A stretch of 64,000 nucleotides of DNA from the human T2T-CHM13v2.0 reference genome, Homo sapiens: the NCBI RefSeq assembly GCF_009914755.1, contig NC_060926.1; one strand, 5' to 3'. A program made the position numbers and the translations under genes. The notes beneath the pieces were generated by a model that was not told the DNA's origin, did not search any database, and saw only the letters and a list, made by a program, of their open reading frames with translations. Position 1 is the stretch's first letter; each line of letters starts with the position of its first letter. Positions 1 to 15,520 of the stretch are shown here, in pieces.

Positions 1-286
1 GGACTGACAGTTCCACATGGCTGGGGAGGCCTCACAATCATGATGGAAGGTGAAAGGCACGTCTTACATGGTGGCAGGTAAGCAAGGCTGAGAGCCAAGT
101 GACAGGGGAAACCCCTTATAAAACCATCAGATCTCATGAGATTTATTCATTACCATGAGAGCAGTATGGGGGAAACCACCCCCATGATTCAATTATCTCC
201 CACCGGGTCCTTCCCACAACATGAAGGAATTATGGGAGCTACAATTCAGGATGAGATTTGGGTGGGGACACAGCCAAACTATAGCA
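1..286 (-). mobile_element. THE1-family MaLR LTR (cut by window edge)
   Basis: Reverse complement of the THE1 LTR 5' part: CCCATGATTCAATTATCTCCCAC...GATGAGATTTGGGTGGGGACACAGCCAAAC. Confidence 0.9.
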
Positions 287-1117
287 GCCTCTGAGGGCTA
301 ATCTCCTCCCATTCCTTCTCCTTCCCCTGTTTCAAGCTTGCTCTTACTTTTCCCCTATCTGTCTCAGTCTGGGGTCATCAGAAGCAGACCTTAAGGTGAG
401 GGTGTGTGGGTGACAGGTGGAGGATGCACTCCCAGGTCCCCAGGAGGGCATGGTAGGAGCAGCAGAACACCGGGAGGCCAAGTGTGAGAGTGGTTCTCCC
501 ATGTCCACAGAAGGAAGCTCCCACTGAATCCTGCAGGGGGCTGTGGAAGGGAAGAGATGCTCTAGCCAAGGCCCAGGAGTGGGCTATTACATCCCTGTCC
601 CCATCCATTGTGGGTCAAGGGCCTGAGGGGGTTGGCAGCTCAGAGCTTCTCCATTTCCACTCCCTGCACCTGGGCCAAACCTGCCCCAGGAGCCCTGGCC
701 TCTCAAGAAGAGCCACAGGTGCTGGCATAAGCACAGGAAACAAAAGTACAGGAAAGAAGGTGGGAAACACAAAAACAGTAAAAAGGGACCCAAGGGGAGG
801 AGCACGGACAATGTCCCCTTACCCTGCTAGGGTGTGCATTACAAGTAAAGGTCAAGGCCAAAGACTTCATGTGCATTCCCCGCACACTGCTGAAGCATGT
901 TTGAATTCTCGTTCTTTCATTCCACTGCCAGCTCCCATGGGCAGATCCAGCTCCTTTGTGTAGGAGCCATAGTCACAGCTTCAGAGGTCTCTTTCCCTCC
1001 CGACTGCTCCAACTGCTGTCAGCTTTATCCTCTTCAAACACCACCTTCACTGTGTCATTTTCTTTTCAGAAATCTCCTATGGCTTTTCATTGCTTTAATG
1101 ATACAGTTAGAAATCCT

Positions 1118-1462
<345 letters not shown>

Positions 1463-2009
1463 CTAGTCATAGAGCCCTCTTTTTAATTGTGAGAACTCTC
1501 ATCCCTGATGAGATTTATGAGTGAGGGACTTAGAGCCTGGGGTCATCATAGGTGTGAATTCTACTCTAGAATCAACCACTGTGTGACATGAATGCATTGC
1601 CTCTCTCTCCTAGGCTGAGTGTCCTGAGCTATACATGAGAGCTGTGAGATGGTTGTGAGGATTCCATTGGGTGCAGCATTAAAGGGGCTCGGAACAATGT
1701 CTGAAGATGCCAATGCTAGAGAAATGGTGGTTGAATCTGAATCTAGGCAGCTTCTGTAGGCATAACTCAGGCTCTTTCTGGTCTGAATTCTTTGCTTGCT
1801 GGGCTTTGTATCTTGAGACCTCTCTTTCTTCCCACTGGTCAGAATCCTGAACATCCTTCAAGGCTGGGCTGAAAACTTCCCTCCTCTGTGCCGACTTTTC
1901 TGACTACCTGAATCCTCAGTGATCAGTCCCACCTCTCAATTCTTACTGTCTTCTGTTATGTCTTTGATAATTTCTTCCTCTCTCTCTGTCTCTTCTGGTT
2001 TCTCTTTTT

Positions 2010-2920
2010 TTGTATTAGTTCTATTAGTCAGACACTGGATCCACAGATTGGTCTTCTAGGTCTTCTATTTTTTTCTATTACCTTTTTTATCTCTTATTTT
2101 GAGATCTGTTTTTTGGGAAGTCATCTGGATTTTATTCTCCAACCTTGTAATGAATTTTCCTATTTTTGCAGTCATTAAAAAATTTCCAATAGCTCTTTTT
2201 TTTGGTATCTGATTTTTCCTCTTGATATAGCATCTTATTTTTGTTTCATGGGTCTAATTTCTAATTAGAGGATTTTATTTTGTGTTCTATAGCTTAACTT
2301 ATCTTTGTTTTGGTTGGAGTCATTTAAAAAACTTGTCTCTATTCTGAAATAACTGCACAGTCTTCATCCTTGTTCATTTAAGTCGAAGTGCGAGGCAATG
2401 AAAAATCGTGCATGTGAACAAGATCTGTCAGGTAGATGGATTTGCGTCTGGGAGATTGAGGACATCCTAAGTGCCAGAATGCAGAGATGTTTCCAGTGGG
2501 GCTATCAATTTGTTTCAAGGAGGACCCTTTGATGCTTAGACTGGGGAGTAAGGTGGGGTAGGCCAGGGAGATGTCTGGTTTCTAGTGTGCTGAGAGAGTG
2601 CAGTGGGACAGGGCAGCCCATGTCCACACCTTCATTTCACTGCCTTCATTATTCTGTTTCTGAGTGCTGAAACCTATCAGAGTCTGGCAAGGTAGATGGG
2701 CGTATCGCCTCCCATAAAGACTCTAGGCCATGGTTCCTCTGATCTACTTCATCTGTTTTCATCCATCTTCTAGTCATTTGTTGAATTTCTATTCAGTGAC
2801 AGCCCTTCTTTTACTTTCTTTATCGTTGTGCATTAAATCCTTTTAAATTGTCTTGCTGGCATTTTAAAGAGAACCCAGCTGAAGATGGAGTTAAACAGCC
2901 TTCCATTTAGAGCTGGAATT
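2010..2920 (-). mobile_element. Old L1M fragment (5' region), highly decayed
   Basis: T-rich sequence resembling antisense L1ME/L1M ORF1 and 5' region; boundaries approximate. Confidence 0.4.
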
Positions 2921-3055
2921 CCCCTGTTCTATCCTATTTAATGAGCCATTCAAATCAAGATAGTTTTCTGTTGATGGGACTGGCTTTTCAAAAAGGCACA
3001 ACTAGATTATAATCCAGAATGGGGAGGAAATAATGCCTTATTTTTTGTTTTGTGG
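2892..3055 (+). repeat. 164-bp dispersed direct repeat, copy 1
   Basis: TAAACAGCCTTCC...TTTTGTGG matches 5359-5522 with 3 substitutions. Confidence 0.97.
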
Positions 3056-4263
3056 AGGCTAGCCCAGTATCTTTTATTTGGTAGGTGCTCAATTAATGTC
3101 TATCAATTGAGTTTGCTTTAACATTTAAGCTCTACCATTTTTTTTGTTTCACATTTTTGTCTGCTCTCACAAATGTGATTTCTCTTAGAACAGACTCAAA
3201 CATCTGGAGAGCCATTTGTATCTCCATTTTTATGGCCTTTTATATTTTCAGTCTTGACTATGCACTTCTACAGGATTTGAAAGAAATGAGAAAATACAGT
3301 AAGCACCCTATGTGGAGAGATTCATATTCCATAACTTGTCTTCAAAGTTATAGTCCTCTTGACTCACTTTACTTGCATGTAAAAACATAACTTGGGCATT
3401 TTATTATCCCTTATTGCTTGCTTCTCATTTTGTTGCTGTTCAATAGGGAAAGTAGGTTGTTTCCTATTGTAATTTCCAGAGTTCTTTGAGTTAAGGGGTG
3501 ATTTTTCCTCCCTTCCCCATGGCTGTGAACACGTGGATGTGCACACTTGCACGTGTCCCTTACCCCCGTGCATATCCCAGTATACTCTGGACATTTTTCT
3601 CTTCAAAAGAAAACCAAGTTTCTGATTTCAGGTCATCCAAATAGATACCATCAGGCAGAGCAGCGTGACATGGTTCTTAAGTCCCATAGGTCACGTTTTT
3701 GGTAAATAGCTGTGTCCTGTAACTGTCATTCCCGTCATGTCTAGCTTACTCACCAGTGAATGCATGACATTTTCTTGGCCTTGGAATGTTCCATCTCAAT
3801 TAAAACTAGAGGGAAAAAAAGCCATTCTTCATACTGTAAATATGAGAAGAGTACATCATGGAGACTTTTCTCATCAAACTGTAGAGGAAGAGCCTGCCCT
3901 GCTGGGGCCTCTTGGGAGACATACCTGGTTCAGGATGGAACCAGCTCAGGAGGACTGGAAGAGTCCTTTTAGTTTGTATTGTGTATTGAGAAAATTTATC
4001 GTAACATCTTTTCCTTTTGTACTGCCGTAGTCAATAAAACTATATAATTAATTAATTCACACCTATTCAACACATGTTTTGCACAGAGTAAAATTTAGCA
4101 AAATACGCAATACAATAAACATAGAATTAGACAACATAATAGAAGGGATATATATATATATTCCTTCTACAAATATAAATTGTAATATATATTTAAATTG
4201 TTATATATATATATATTTAGGACTAAGAAAGACATGACTTTGAATAGTAACCCAGTACCATTT

Positions 4264-4313
<50 letters not shown>

Positions 4314-4337
4314 ATCTATTTATCATCTATTCTATCA
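4264..4337 (+). repeat. (TCTA)12 tetranucleotide STR with degenerate tail
   Basis: 12 perfect TCTA units at 4264-4311, then TCATCTATTTATCATCTA; (TA)n tracts nearby at 4147-4216. Confidence 0.97.
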
Positions 4338-4339
4338 TA

Positions 4340-5259
<920 letters not shown>

Positions 5260-5262
<3 letters not shown>

Positions 5263-5358
5263 ATTTTACAGATCAGGCAAATGAGGTTCAGAGAGGTTAA
5301 ACTACTAGCTCAGGATCGCATAGCTGGCCTCTAATGAGGATTATTAAATTTAGGTTTG
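5260..5358 (-). mobile_element. MIR core fragment
   Basis: CCATTTTACAGATCAGGCAAATGAGGTTCAGAGAGGTTAA. Confidence 0.75.
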
Positions 5359-5522
5359 TAAACAGCCTTCCATTTAGAGCTGGAATTCCCCTGTTCTATC
5401 CTATTTAATGAGCCATTCAAATCAAGATAGCTTTCTGTTGATGAGACTGGCTTTTCAAAAAGGCACAACTAGATTATAATCCAGAATGGGGAGGAAATAA
5501 TGCTTTATTTTTTGTTTTGTGG
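5359..5522 (+). repeat. 164-bp dispersed direct repeat, copy 2
   Basis: Matches 2892-3055 at offset 2467 bp, 161/164 identical. Confidence 0.97.
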
Positions 5523-6573
5523 CTGGATAGTGCATTCCATAAATGGGCTTTCAATAAATCTTTACTCTCTTCCCTTCCCTTTCTGATGCTAATTCATACA
5601 TACTGGTCTAAAGTTTAAATTTACTTATGAGTCCACACTCTTTCTTCCATTTTCTTAACATATTACAAAAGCAAACAATCTCTTTGATCTTGGCTAAAAT
5701 GATTCTAGAACTTTCTCACACCTCAGAAGTGCATGCTTCTTTCAAACAAACCATGTGCTGGTTACAAATCATGGCTCTTTGTCCACCGTCTTTCCCCAGG
5801 CAAGCTTGGGTGGCTGTAGTTAATATAGTTCGAGGGTCTTGAGGTAGTGGAATTGCTGTACGAACCCTTGGAGTGTAGAATTTTCACAATGAAGATGGAT
5901 CTGGCCATTTTCCCCTCTTCAATCCCAAACACACAGGATGGAATCAGTGAGTTGACACTATGCATGGGTAGGCCGAGTAGGAGGGAAATTGTAAGGTGTG
6001 TGCAGTGGAATTTGGAGGGTCAGGTGGCCTTTCTTGTCCCAGACCTGCCTTCCCCACTAGGTGACTAGCGGCCTTTGTCTGCCCTCATTCTCCACCTCCT
6101 GCCTGTAGGTTGGCTGTTGGTCATTCGGGTCGGTATGACTGGACATTAGTGCTCCTCTCCCAGGAGTGTTTACATCTAAAACCTGAGTTCTGACAGTGGA
6201 ATAAAAGGCATATTACAGAGGGCCCACCGGACTAGGGGGTGGTGTGCTGGCCTCACATGGTGCTGCTGAAATCATGCCTCCTAGGACAGCCCCTTTAGAT
6301 ACTGAAGACTCATCTTACCTGCTCAGTTTCCTGATTCAGAGAGTGAACTAGATGCTGCTGCTAAGGGAAAGACACTCTGGGAGAAGCCAAACCGCAAGGA
6401 GCCTTCAGTTCTCTCCTTACTGGGCCAGGAGGAGGAATTTTTTTTTTTTAACTGAAAAAGGGAATTACCAGCTTAAAACACAACCAAGAAGCCTTTAGCA
6501 TTGAGGACTGGTGAGGAGAGGATGTATTCATTTTGGTGTGGGGAGGAGACATCAGTAAGCTTTTCTTTCTCGT

Positions 6574-6575
<2 letters not shown>

Positions 6576-6629
<54 letters not shown>
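6576..6629 (+). repeat. (AC)27 microsatellite
   Basis: 54-bp perfect AC run. Confidence 0.98.
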
Positions 6630-6634
<5 letters not shown>

Positions 6635-6674
6635 GACGTAAAAGACGTTTCAGTAGGTGTCATTCCCAAGCTGT

Positions 6675-6688
6675 CCACAAGATGGTGC
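6675..6688 (+). promoter_or_regulatory. Candidate CTCF motif
   Basis: CCACAAGATGGTGC versus core CCASYAGRKGGCRS (12/14); motif match only. Confidence 0.4.
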
Positions 6689-7149
6689 AGAAACCCTGCT
6701 CACAGTCTGTCCTCCAAGGGCACCACCTCTGGAGTGATTTGCAGCCTCTGCAGGCTGCTGGTAAATTGAGGTTTGGAGAGCAGCATGAAGCTTTCACCGC
6801 GGTGAAGATACCTTTGACATTTTCGGGATTCTGATTGTAAATTCAATTAAAAATCGATTGGGTTCCAGTAAACAAAATGAAATGACAAATGTGTACAAAA
6901 GCTCCTTGTGCAGGGCTTAGCCTGGAAGAGAGATGGAGGTCATATAGGAAGGCGTGGAAGGAGACCTGGATAAGCTGCTGTGGGTGATACGACACCTCCT
7001 GTTCCTGGGGAATCTTGAAGTCTGCGGGGGGTTCAGCTGTGCATCGCTGGGCATTTACCGTGGATGGCACTCGTCTGCATGCTGTGGAGACAGTCATACG
7101 GAAGAGTCCCGGTCTTTAGAGAGCTTGAATCTGTCAAAAACTCATACCA

Positions 7150-8275
7150 GAAAAATAACGAGTGTGCCAGATGGTGGTCAGCACTACGGGAAAGATATTA
7201 CAGCCGACCACTGGAGGTGCAGGGTTTCACTTTTAAATAGCGTGGCATCGGAGACCTCTTGGAGCCAGTGACATTTCAATAAGACCTGAAGGATTGATGG
7301 TGTGAGCCACGGGAGTTTTAGGGGAAGACCATTCTAGGCAGTGGGCACAGCAAAGGCAATGGTCCTGGGGTCGGGAGGTGCCTGGAGGAGGCATGGAGGA
7401 CCCAGGAGGCTGATGTGGCTGCTGGGGCAGGTGAAGGGGCAGGGCAGGATATGAGTCAGAGAGATTCTAATGGGGGAAAAGCCGGAGATTTCGAAGCTGA
7501 GTGATCACACGAGACCTTGCAGCACAGTATAAGGACTTTCGACTTTACTTTGGAAATTGCTGGAAGCCATTGAGCGTTCTGAATAGAGGCGTGGCATGAT
7601 CTGCCTTGCATTTTGTAAGGATCACTCCGGCTCTTGCATTGAGAAGGTCCTACAGGCAGGAGCCGAAAGACCAGTTAGGAGACAGCTGCCATGTCTGGGT
7701 GAGAGATGGTGGTGACCAGGCCCAAAGGGAATGACAGTGGAAGTGAAGAGAAGTGGTCAGATTTAGGATATCTTTGGAGCCAGTAGAGTTGATGGTAGAT
7801 TGAATGAAAATTTGAGAGGCAGAGAGGGGTCACGGATGACTTTGAGGTTATTTCCCTGAGCAATTGGGCAGATGGAATGGCAATTAACTGAGATAATTTG
7901 GAAGGGCAGGTTTTTGGGGGAAAGATCAGGAACTCAGTTTGGGATATGCTGAGTGCGGGATGCCTTTCAGATGTCCAAATGGAGATGTTCAGATCTATGA
8001 AACTAGAATTCAGGGGCAGGGTCCAGTCAGATATAAATCTGGGAGTAGCAGGTCTGAAGATGATATTTAAAGGCATAGACTGGAGTGACAATGGGTAGAC
8101 AAGAGATAAAGCCCAACACTAGTGCGCTCCAATGTTTAGAGTTTGGGGAGGTGTGGAGGAGCCAGCAGAGGTAACTGAAGAGGGTGGACCAGTGAGGTCG
8201 GAGAAAACTCATGGCCGAAGAATGTGGTGTCCTGGAAGCCAAGTAGGTAAAAGGCTGAGGAGGAGTGAGAGGTCT
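7150..8275 (-). mobile_element. L2 LINE 3' part with RT remnant
   Basis: Minus-strand translations FKYHLQTCYSQIYI (YADD region) and ISIWTSERHPALSISQTEFLIFP resemble L2 ORF2; GTGACATTTCAATAAGACCTGAAGGA motif. Confidence 0.85.
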
Positions 8276-8484
8276 ACATGTCAGCACGGCCAATGTTTGG
8301 GGCTGGATAATCCTTTGCTGTCAAAGGCTGCCCTGTGCATTATAGGATGTTTAGCAGCATTTTTGTCTTCTTCCCACTGGATACCAGTAGCACTTCCCTC
8401 CCTACTGTGTCAACTAAAAGTGTCTCCAGACGCTGAGTGCCACAGATCCCCAAAGGACAAAATCTTTTCTGATTGAGAGCACTG
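8276..8484 (-). mobile_element. MER20 (hAT-Charlie)
   Basis: GCTGGATAATCCTTTG...CTGCCCTGTGCATTATAGGATGTTTAGCAGCAT...TGTCTCCAGAC...TTGAGAGCACTG. Confidence 0.85.
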
Positions 8485-9848
8485 TTCTAACTCAAGAAGT
8501 GGAGAACTAAATTCTAGCACAGGAAACTCTCTCTTAACCCAGGGCAGAGGAAACTACTGGAGAGGCTGACATGTTTTGAGTTGAACTTGGAAGGTTGGGT
8601 AGTGTATTGACAGAGAGTAGCTGGGGTTGAGTGCGGAAGGCAGCTCAGCCTGGGAAAAGTTCCTGATGCTTGACAATGTCCCTGCACAGAGAACCAGCAT
8701 CACTTTTTGAAGCCATGGAAATAGCGATATCATTTTTACCATCTCTTCCTTTAGGCACAGGCATGGTTTCCATGACATCTGTCTTCCCAACAAAGGAAAG
8801 GAGGTTAAATGAATTTTTTTTTCTAAAATATAATTTAGGGAGATTTAGGCATGACCATACATGTCACACTATTTAAAAAATGTTATTAAAAAAAGAAAAA
8901 AAACTGCACCCCTGCCCTCCTCAGCTCTCCCACCTCCTACCCCTGGCATCTTTCCAAATTATAAATGAGAAGCTTGTCTTTCCCTCAGGTTCCATATACG
9001 AGACCAAATTGTTTTTTTCCATCATTGGAATATAAATTATTGCTTTGTTTAAATTTGATTAAAAATCTCTCCCTTCCTTTCAACACACGCACAGTCATGT
9101 ACACACACGCACACGCGCACACACACACAGAACTGAAATACAACTTTGGTTTTTTAAAAATTTATTTTAAGCATCTACTCCATGCTCATTAGGAGTTTTA
9201 CTGAGCACTTATTGGAGCAATTCTTTTTCTGGACATTTAGCCAATATGTCCAGGGGACGCACTCATGTTGCATATATAAGAATCTCAACAGAAAAAGTAT
9301 TTAGGGTGAGAAGGGGTAAATTGGGTTTCACTTTGAGAGGGGGGAGGTTTAGATATGACTCAAGGCCAGTTTAAGTGGAAAGTGTCAGGACTTTGGAAGA
9401 AAGGAAAGACTTTTGCAGCAGAGCAGAAGGGAAACTCCTGGGTAAATAGGAGGGACTGGCTATCAGCGTTATGTTATCTTCTTGAAACTTGCTGGGCAAA
9501 CTTCCTAATGGCAAGTTATAAGGAAATGCATTAATTAATGAACATGACATTCAGATGCAGACTCTGTAAATCTGGGCATGAAAATGGCCTGTTTCAGGGG
9601 TTCCCAAGACTGGCCCCTCATCATCATCATCAGGGATGCTCAAAAGGATGGAACCCTCCCCTAAAGATTCTGGATCTATCCACGTGGGGTAAGCTCAAGG
9701 CATCTGTAAGTTGTAGAAGTTTCCCAGGTGCTGCATATTAGTCCTGGACTCCACATTGCCATTTGGGAATTATTTGCCTAATTTTAACAGAAATGAAGGA
9801 GCTTCGGGTCTTAGCCAAGAAAGAGATTCTGTAACTTTGTGAATCTGA

Positions 9849-10156
<308 letters not shown>

Positions 10157-10994
10157 CCCCCTTTTTTTTAAGTCAACAATTTGGTGGCTAAATGAAGATG
10201 GTAAGATCTGAGCAGATATGTAGTTCAGAAAATAAATTTTTGACTTTTTATTGTAAGGAGACTTGAGTTGAGCATGTGGCAAACTTCTCCTTTCCTGTTT
10301 TCATCCCTCCTCTTCGTCTTGGCAGTGAACCCTATCATCCAGCACTATTTGTGCTGTGGTCCATGATGCTCTGGCCAATGACCTGGTGTGTAGGTCACAG
10401 CCAGTAAGTGAGACTCTGCTTGTGCCAGTAATTTATATACACTGATATGTGTTTGCCATTCATATGAAGTGATAGTGACATCATGCATTTCCTCTTTTGA
10501 CCTCTCTTGAAGAAATGCCCACTTCTCCTAGTGTCCTCTTCAAAATGTCCCTGGTAAGTAGGGCTGGATAACCCTATTCACCAGGGATGGGAAAAGCCAA
10601 GAGTTTCCCAAAGAATGGCCACCAATACTCTGATAACAAACCAGCACCAATCCAAGAGATCCTTCTATGCTAGCAATGGAAAGAACAAGACAAGTGGAGG
10701 ACCCCTCTTCAAAGATCATGGCTTGCTTTGGAACCATAAACCTACAACGACGTGATATTTAAAAAGAGGTCCTTTTTAAATCTTAATGGCCTCCTGACAG
10801 GTCCTCAGTAGCCTCGGTCACAGAGCTGTCTTCTAAGCATGTAGGTTGAAATCTGTATATATGACCAGCTCATTTGGTATCTTCCTCTATCAACAGGAAT
10901 CTCTTCTCTCCTTGGATGAAGTAATGAGACATGGTTTATACTCTGTAAAGACAGATGGCTAAGTTATAAGACATTTTCACAGGCTGCTAATAAA

Positions 10995-11235
10995 TATAAT
11001 GATAATATTAGCTGATGTCTGTTAGCACTTCATCAGGAAGTAGGCACTACATGAAGCCTTACATGCAATATCTCATTTAATTTCCTCAACAATCATATGA
11101 GGTGGGTACTGTCATTATTACCATTTTACAGATGAGTAAAGTGGAGGCTCAGAGGGGTTAAGAAGTTTGCTTGAGACTGGTAAGGGGCAGATCTAGGAGT
11201 CAAACAAGGTCTGTTTGACTCCGAATTCATGTTCT
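10995..11235 (-). mobile_element. MIR
   Basis: TCTCATTTAATTTCCTCAACAATC...CCATTTTACAGATGAG...GAGGCTCAGAGGGGTTAAG. Confidence 0.85.
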
Positions 11236-12207
11236 TAAAAATGTCTTTGCTTTGCTGTCCTGTATGAGCTTTTGACACATTTGTTGCACAGTAAAAACAA
11301 TGGGGTCCACACGCATTCTGATCACTGTGGATTCCTGCACATCTTACCAAGAACAACTGTCTGTACTTCAAGACTGCTGACCTTAACATGTCTGTTGCTG
11401 GGGAGGGGGAGGAGGAAGAATGCAAGAGGATACAATTCTTCCTTCTGCTTTACTGCATCACCCAGATCCCCATATAAAGGATCTATTGAAGAATAAAATA
11501 ACCCGTCTTATTTTTCATCATCTAATCACCCCAGGAAATCAAGTTAAAGATTAAATCCTGAACGCACCAATGTTATTAGACATCACCATCGAGGGCTTTA
11601 GCCCATTAGGTAATATCAAGCTCCTGACAGGTCACTGATTTCTTAATTGGCAGCTTGTGACTCATAGCTAAAGAAGGGAAGAAAAGCTCTATGATCCTGC
11701 AATGTCCTAATTGCCAATTGAGTTTCTCTCAGAGGGCATGCTCTGTGTATTTTGAAAACCTCATACTGCCACCTGCAATTTCATGATCACCCAGGAAACT
11801 TTCAGATATCTTCAAAGATGTTACTTTCCTGTAGGTGTTATTTCCACTAATGAGACCAGAGGGCAAGGTGACCTTGTCTTCCTCCTTCTGAAACTTTGTC
11901 TTCATCCTTCACTGTCTGCTATTTACTGCCACAGGGCTGTCTTTACCTAGTCCCTATTTCTCTGAAATTCTTCTTGAATTTTAAACACTTTATTTTTACC
12001 CTTTTCAGAGAAGCAGCAATGCCTCTGGCTCAAAGACAATGCATTTGGGTACAACTGGCTGCCTGCAGGGTGAACCTCACCCTTCAGGCCTCGTCACAGC
12101 AGAGGAGTGGCTCAGGCACCAGGGCCCAGGCGCCGGGCACACCTGCTACATTCCTCCAACTGTGAGTAGCCATGGGGGAGTTGGGGGCACACAAGATGAA
12201 AAGAACA

Positions 12208-12539
<332 letters not shown>

Positions 12540-13204
12540 TAATGTGGAGGAAAATAAAAGTCTATAAAATAAGCACAGTACAAGAAAAAATGTAGCAGAT
12601 TTCTTAAGAAATATCTTCACCAAAGTGCTATAGAAATTAAGAGAAGAAAATGGTATTTTCATACAAGCCATGTCAGATGCATTGCAGAAGCCCCCTGCTT
12701 TCAAAACTCTTCTCCAGCACAGTATAAATACACTATTAAGCCTAAACCAACCTGATTCTAATTTTTCCCTACAAGTGAATGTGTGTTTAACAGCCCAGGT
12801 TGTTCCACTTAACGGCAGGTGTTGCCCAGTATTGCCTCTGCTTCATTCCGTTCCTTTCTTCTCTGCATTTGGCTTGGTGCCCCTGAAGGTCACTCTGTTG
12901 TCCAGCTAAAGATGGTGAATGTTCCCTCTCCAGGCAGAAGCAGGCCATTGGGTGGGTATTTCTGAAGGGCTCGGAACATCGTTCCAGAGGGTCCCCAGAT
13001 TGCTCTGGATTCTGACAGTGGTACCTGGACGTGATACTCAAGTTTCCTTGAATGGAGACATGATGCTTCTCCAGCAAGTGTTAAAGTTACCCAGATACTT
13101 CTGAAACTTGTGAAAAGATATGGCTTTTTCATGTATGTTATTTTCACTAATGAGACCGGAAGGTCTTTCCCTTCTATCACCCTGTCTCCATCCTTCTTTA
13201 TCTA

Positions 13205-13799
13205 TGTCAACATGAAATAATCAAAAGGATCAGAATCCAGTATTCAAGAGTTTGTTCAAGTGAAAAGCTGGGAATAACCACTTAGAAGACACAAACTCCA
13301 GAAAAATGGGTTCAGTCCTCCAAAATTAAAAGTTACCTTCCTGCTTATATTGGCAGAAAACAAAGAAGCTTGATAGGATTATAGCATTTTCTATACAGGG
13401 CTTGTTGGTGATTTACAACAATTTAATTCATTACAGTTTGTTTTCTTTTCCACAGGGCTTGTTTTCATTTTCTTTCCAATTTAAAAGAATGTATTCAACA
13501 TTCCATCTTTAGAAAATGTGATAACCATCAAGTCTTTGCATGAGAAAGGTAAGAGGGAAGTTAATCTATAATGAAGATCAACTGTGAAGAGGGATGGGGT
13601 CTTCCCTGCCTCCCTTTAGTCATTTACAACATTTAAAAAAACAATGCAGGTAAGGAAGAAGTCTAATCTATAATGAGAGAAACAACAGTTACACCTGCCC
13701 AGGTTACAGATGCCTCTCACATGACTCAGGCACTATAGTCATATTTCTTTAAAACTCAAAATAATTTGGAGTCCCCACAGCCTAGATTTTATTTTCACA
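13205..13799 (-). mobile_element. ERV1-class solo LTR (family not assigned)
   Basis: TG...CA termini, ~595 bp, 4-bp flanks TCTA/TCTG; minus strand begins TGTGAAAATAAAATCTAGGCTGTGG. Confidence 0.7.
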
Positions 13800-14037
13800 T
13801 CTGCAAGTCATTGAGAACTACTCCTGTCTCCTTGTCCCTCCCTATACCATTTCCTCCCCCTTCTCTGAGTTCTTTTTCCCAGTCTCCTTTGCTGGGCACC
13901 TCACAAACCCCACTCATCCTTACATGCTGAAGTCATCCAGGATTTGCTTCCAGATTCCTTGCTTCTATTTCTGAACCCACCTGTTCCTTTTAACCATTTG
14001 CCTGGTTTAATTCCCATTGCCTTTCCCCTTGAATGTA

Positions 14038-14375
14038 AAAATTGAAGTATGACTTACTTGCCTTAAAGTGCACACTTCTTAAATATATATGTGATGAATT
14101 TTTACTTATATGTACACCTATGTAGCTGCCAGTTAAACCAAGGTTAGAGAATTTCCAGCTTCCAGAAATGCTCCTGCATGACCATCTCAGCCAGTACCCC
14201 ACAACGAAGCCTCGAGTCTGACCTCCACCATCATAGGTTAGTTTTGTTTACTTTTGGACTTCATATAAATGGAATCATACCGTGTGTACTCTTCTGTCTT
14301 TAATTTGTTTCATTGAACATTATGTCTATGAGATTCACACATGTATCAGTAGCTTATTCTTCTTATTTGGAGTGA
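14038..14375 (-). mobile_element. L1MC/MD-type 3' end
   Basis: AATTGAAGTATGACTTAC...AAAGTGCACACTTCTTAA...TCATATAAATGGAATCATAC. Confidence 0.75.
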
Positions 14376-15520
14376 TTTCAGATACTCCCTACTGATAGCA
14401 TTGTCTCATGAGCATGAGGCAGTGGGGGAAGAGGAAAATTACAGATAAAAATATAAATAACACCAAATCTGCTGACTATAACGGTTTGAGAATTCCAAGG
14501 GAGTTTGAGAATGTTGAGACTGTCTCAGGCAGTGAGTCTTTGGTGGTTAAAGTAAAGCCAGAACTGTTTCCAGCCATATGACCCTTTGAGTCCAATGGCA
14601 CCTTAGAGTTATGGGAAGTTGTTTACCTGGGAGACGATAATGTCCACATCTCAGTGTCCAGTGCCCTGGTGTTGAACACCTAGACACCTAGACTAGTACT
14701 TTCTATTTTGAGCAAAGATGGGACCTTGTGCTCCTGGGACCTTTAAATTTTTGTGAGGAGCCAGTGGATATGTCGGTGCACCGGCATTGAGACTACATGA
14801 ATACTACGTCTTGCAAATGTATTTATTGCCACTTTTGTGGTCTGCATAGATGCTCTTCTGATTAATAAATATAAAAGTACTAGATGTATCATTGACTCCA
14901 TTGTTTTCTGCCATTTAGATAGCTTTTTAAAAAATGAAGCAAAAGGAAAAGTATGATGACATTCATGTAGAAGTGCTTTGGAAATTTTCTGGTATTAAGA
15001 TATGTTCTTTTATACTTAGAAAGGTTAGAAACCATCTCGGTTTATTGTACCCAGAAAGCATTTAGGGCTCAAAATGTGCTCGTTGAATGTTGAACAAACA
15101 AGGAGATGGGGCTCCTGGGAGAGTAAGTGACTAGACAAAGGTCTCACTGCAGTTAATGGAAAAACTGCACAGGAAGGCAGGTCTCATGGCATCAAGAAAG
15201 TCTAAATTTTTACCCCTAAGGTTTTGCATAGATAACGGCTCCTGGGAACCATCTTCTACCCTCCTTGTGTCTGGGTCTTTCTAATTAGGCTTTCTCCCTT
15301 GTGTACCAAATTCTCCCACAAATCACTAAAGATTTTATAGGCCTTAAATTGAAAACAAGATGATATCATTTTGTCATAGTGCACAAGTTAGTAATAAAAT
15401 AGTGTGATTGTTTTTCAGTGATTTGATTTGAGAAGTTTGTAGTTATTTGTGCCCAGACAGGTTAACCAGTAACTGCTTAGCCAGCTTGTCTGCATTCAGT
15501 TCACTCTTTAGAAGGAGCAG

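Noticed and set aside
484-963. 159-aa ORF
   Set aside because: GTG start, no recognisable domain, no splice or promoter context; within chance expectation.
10440-10990. Possible processed pseudogene or ancient retroelement coding remnant
   Set aside because: No recognisable protein in any supplied frame and no poly-A or TSD; cannot be supported without a search.
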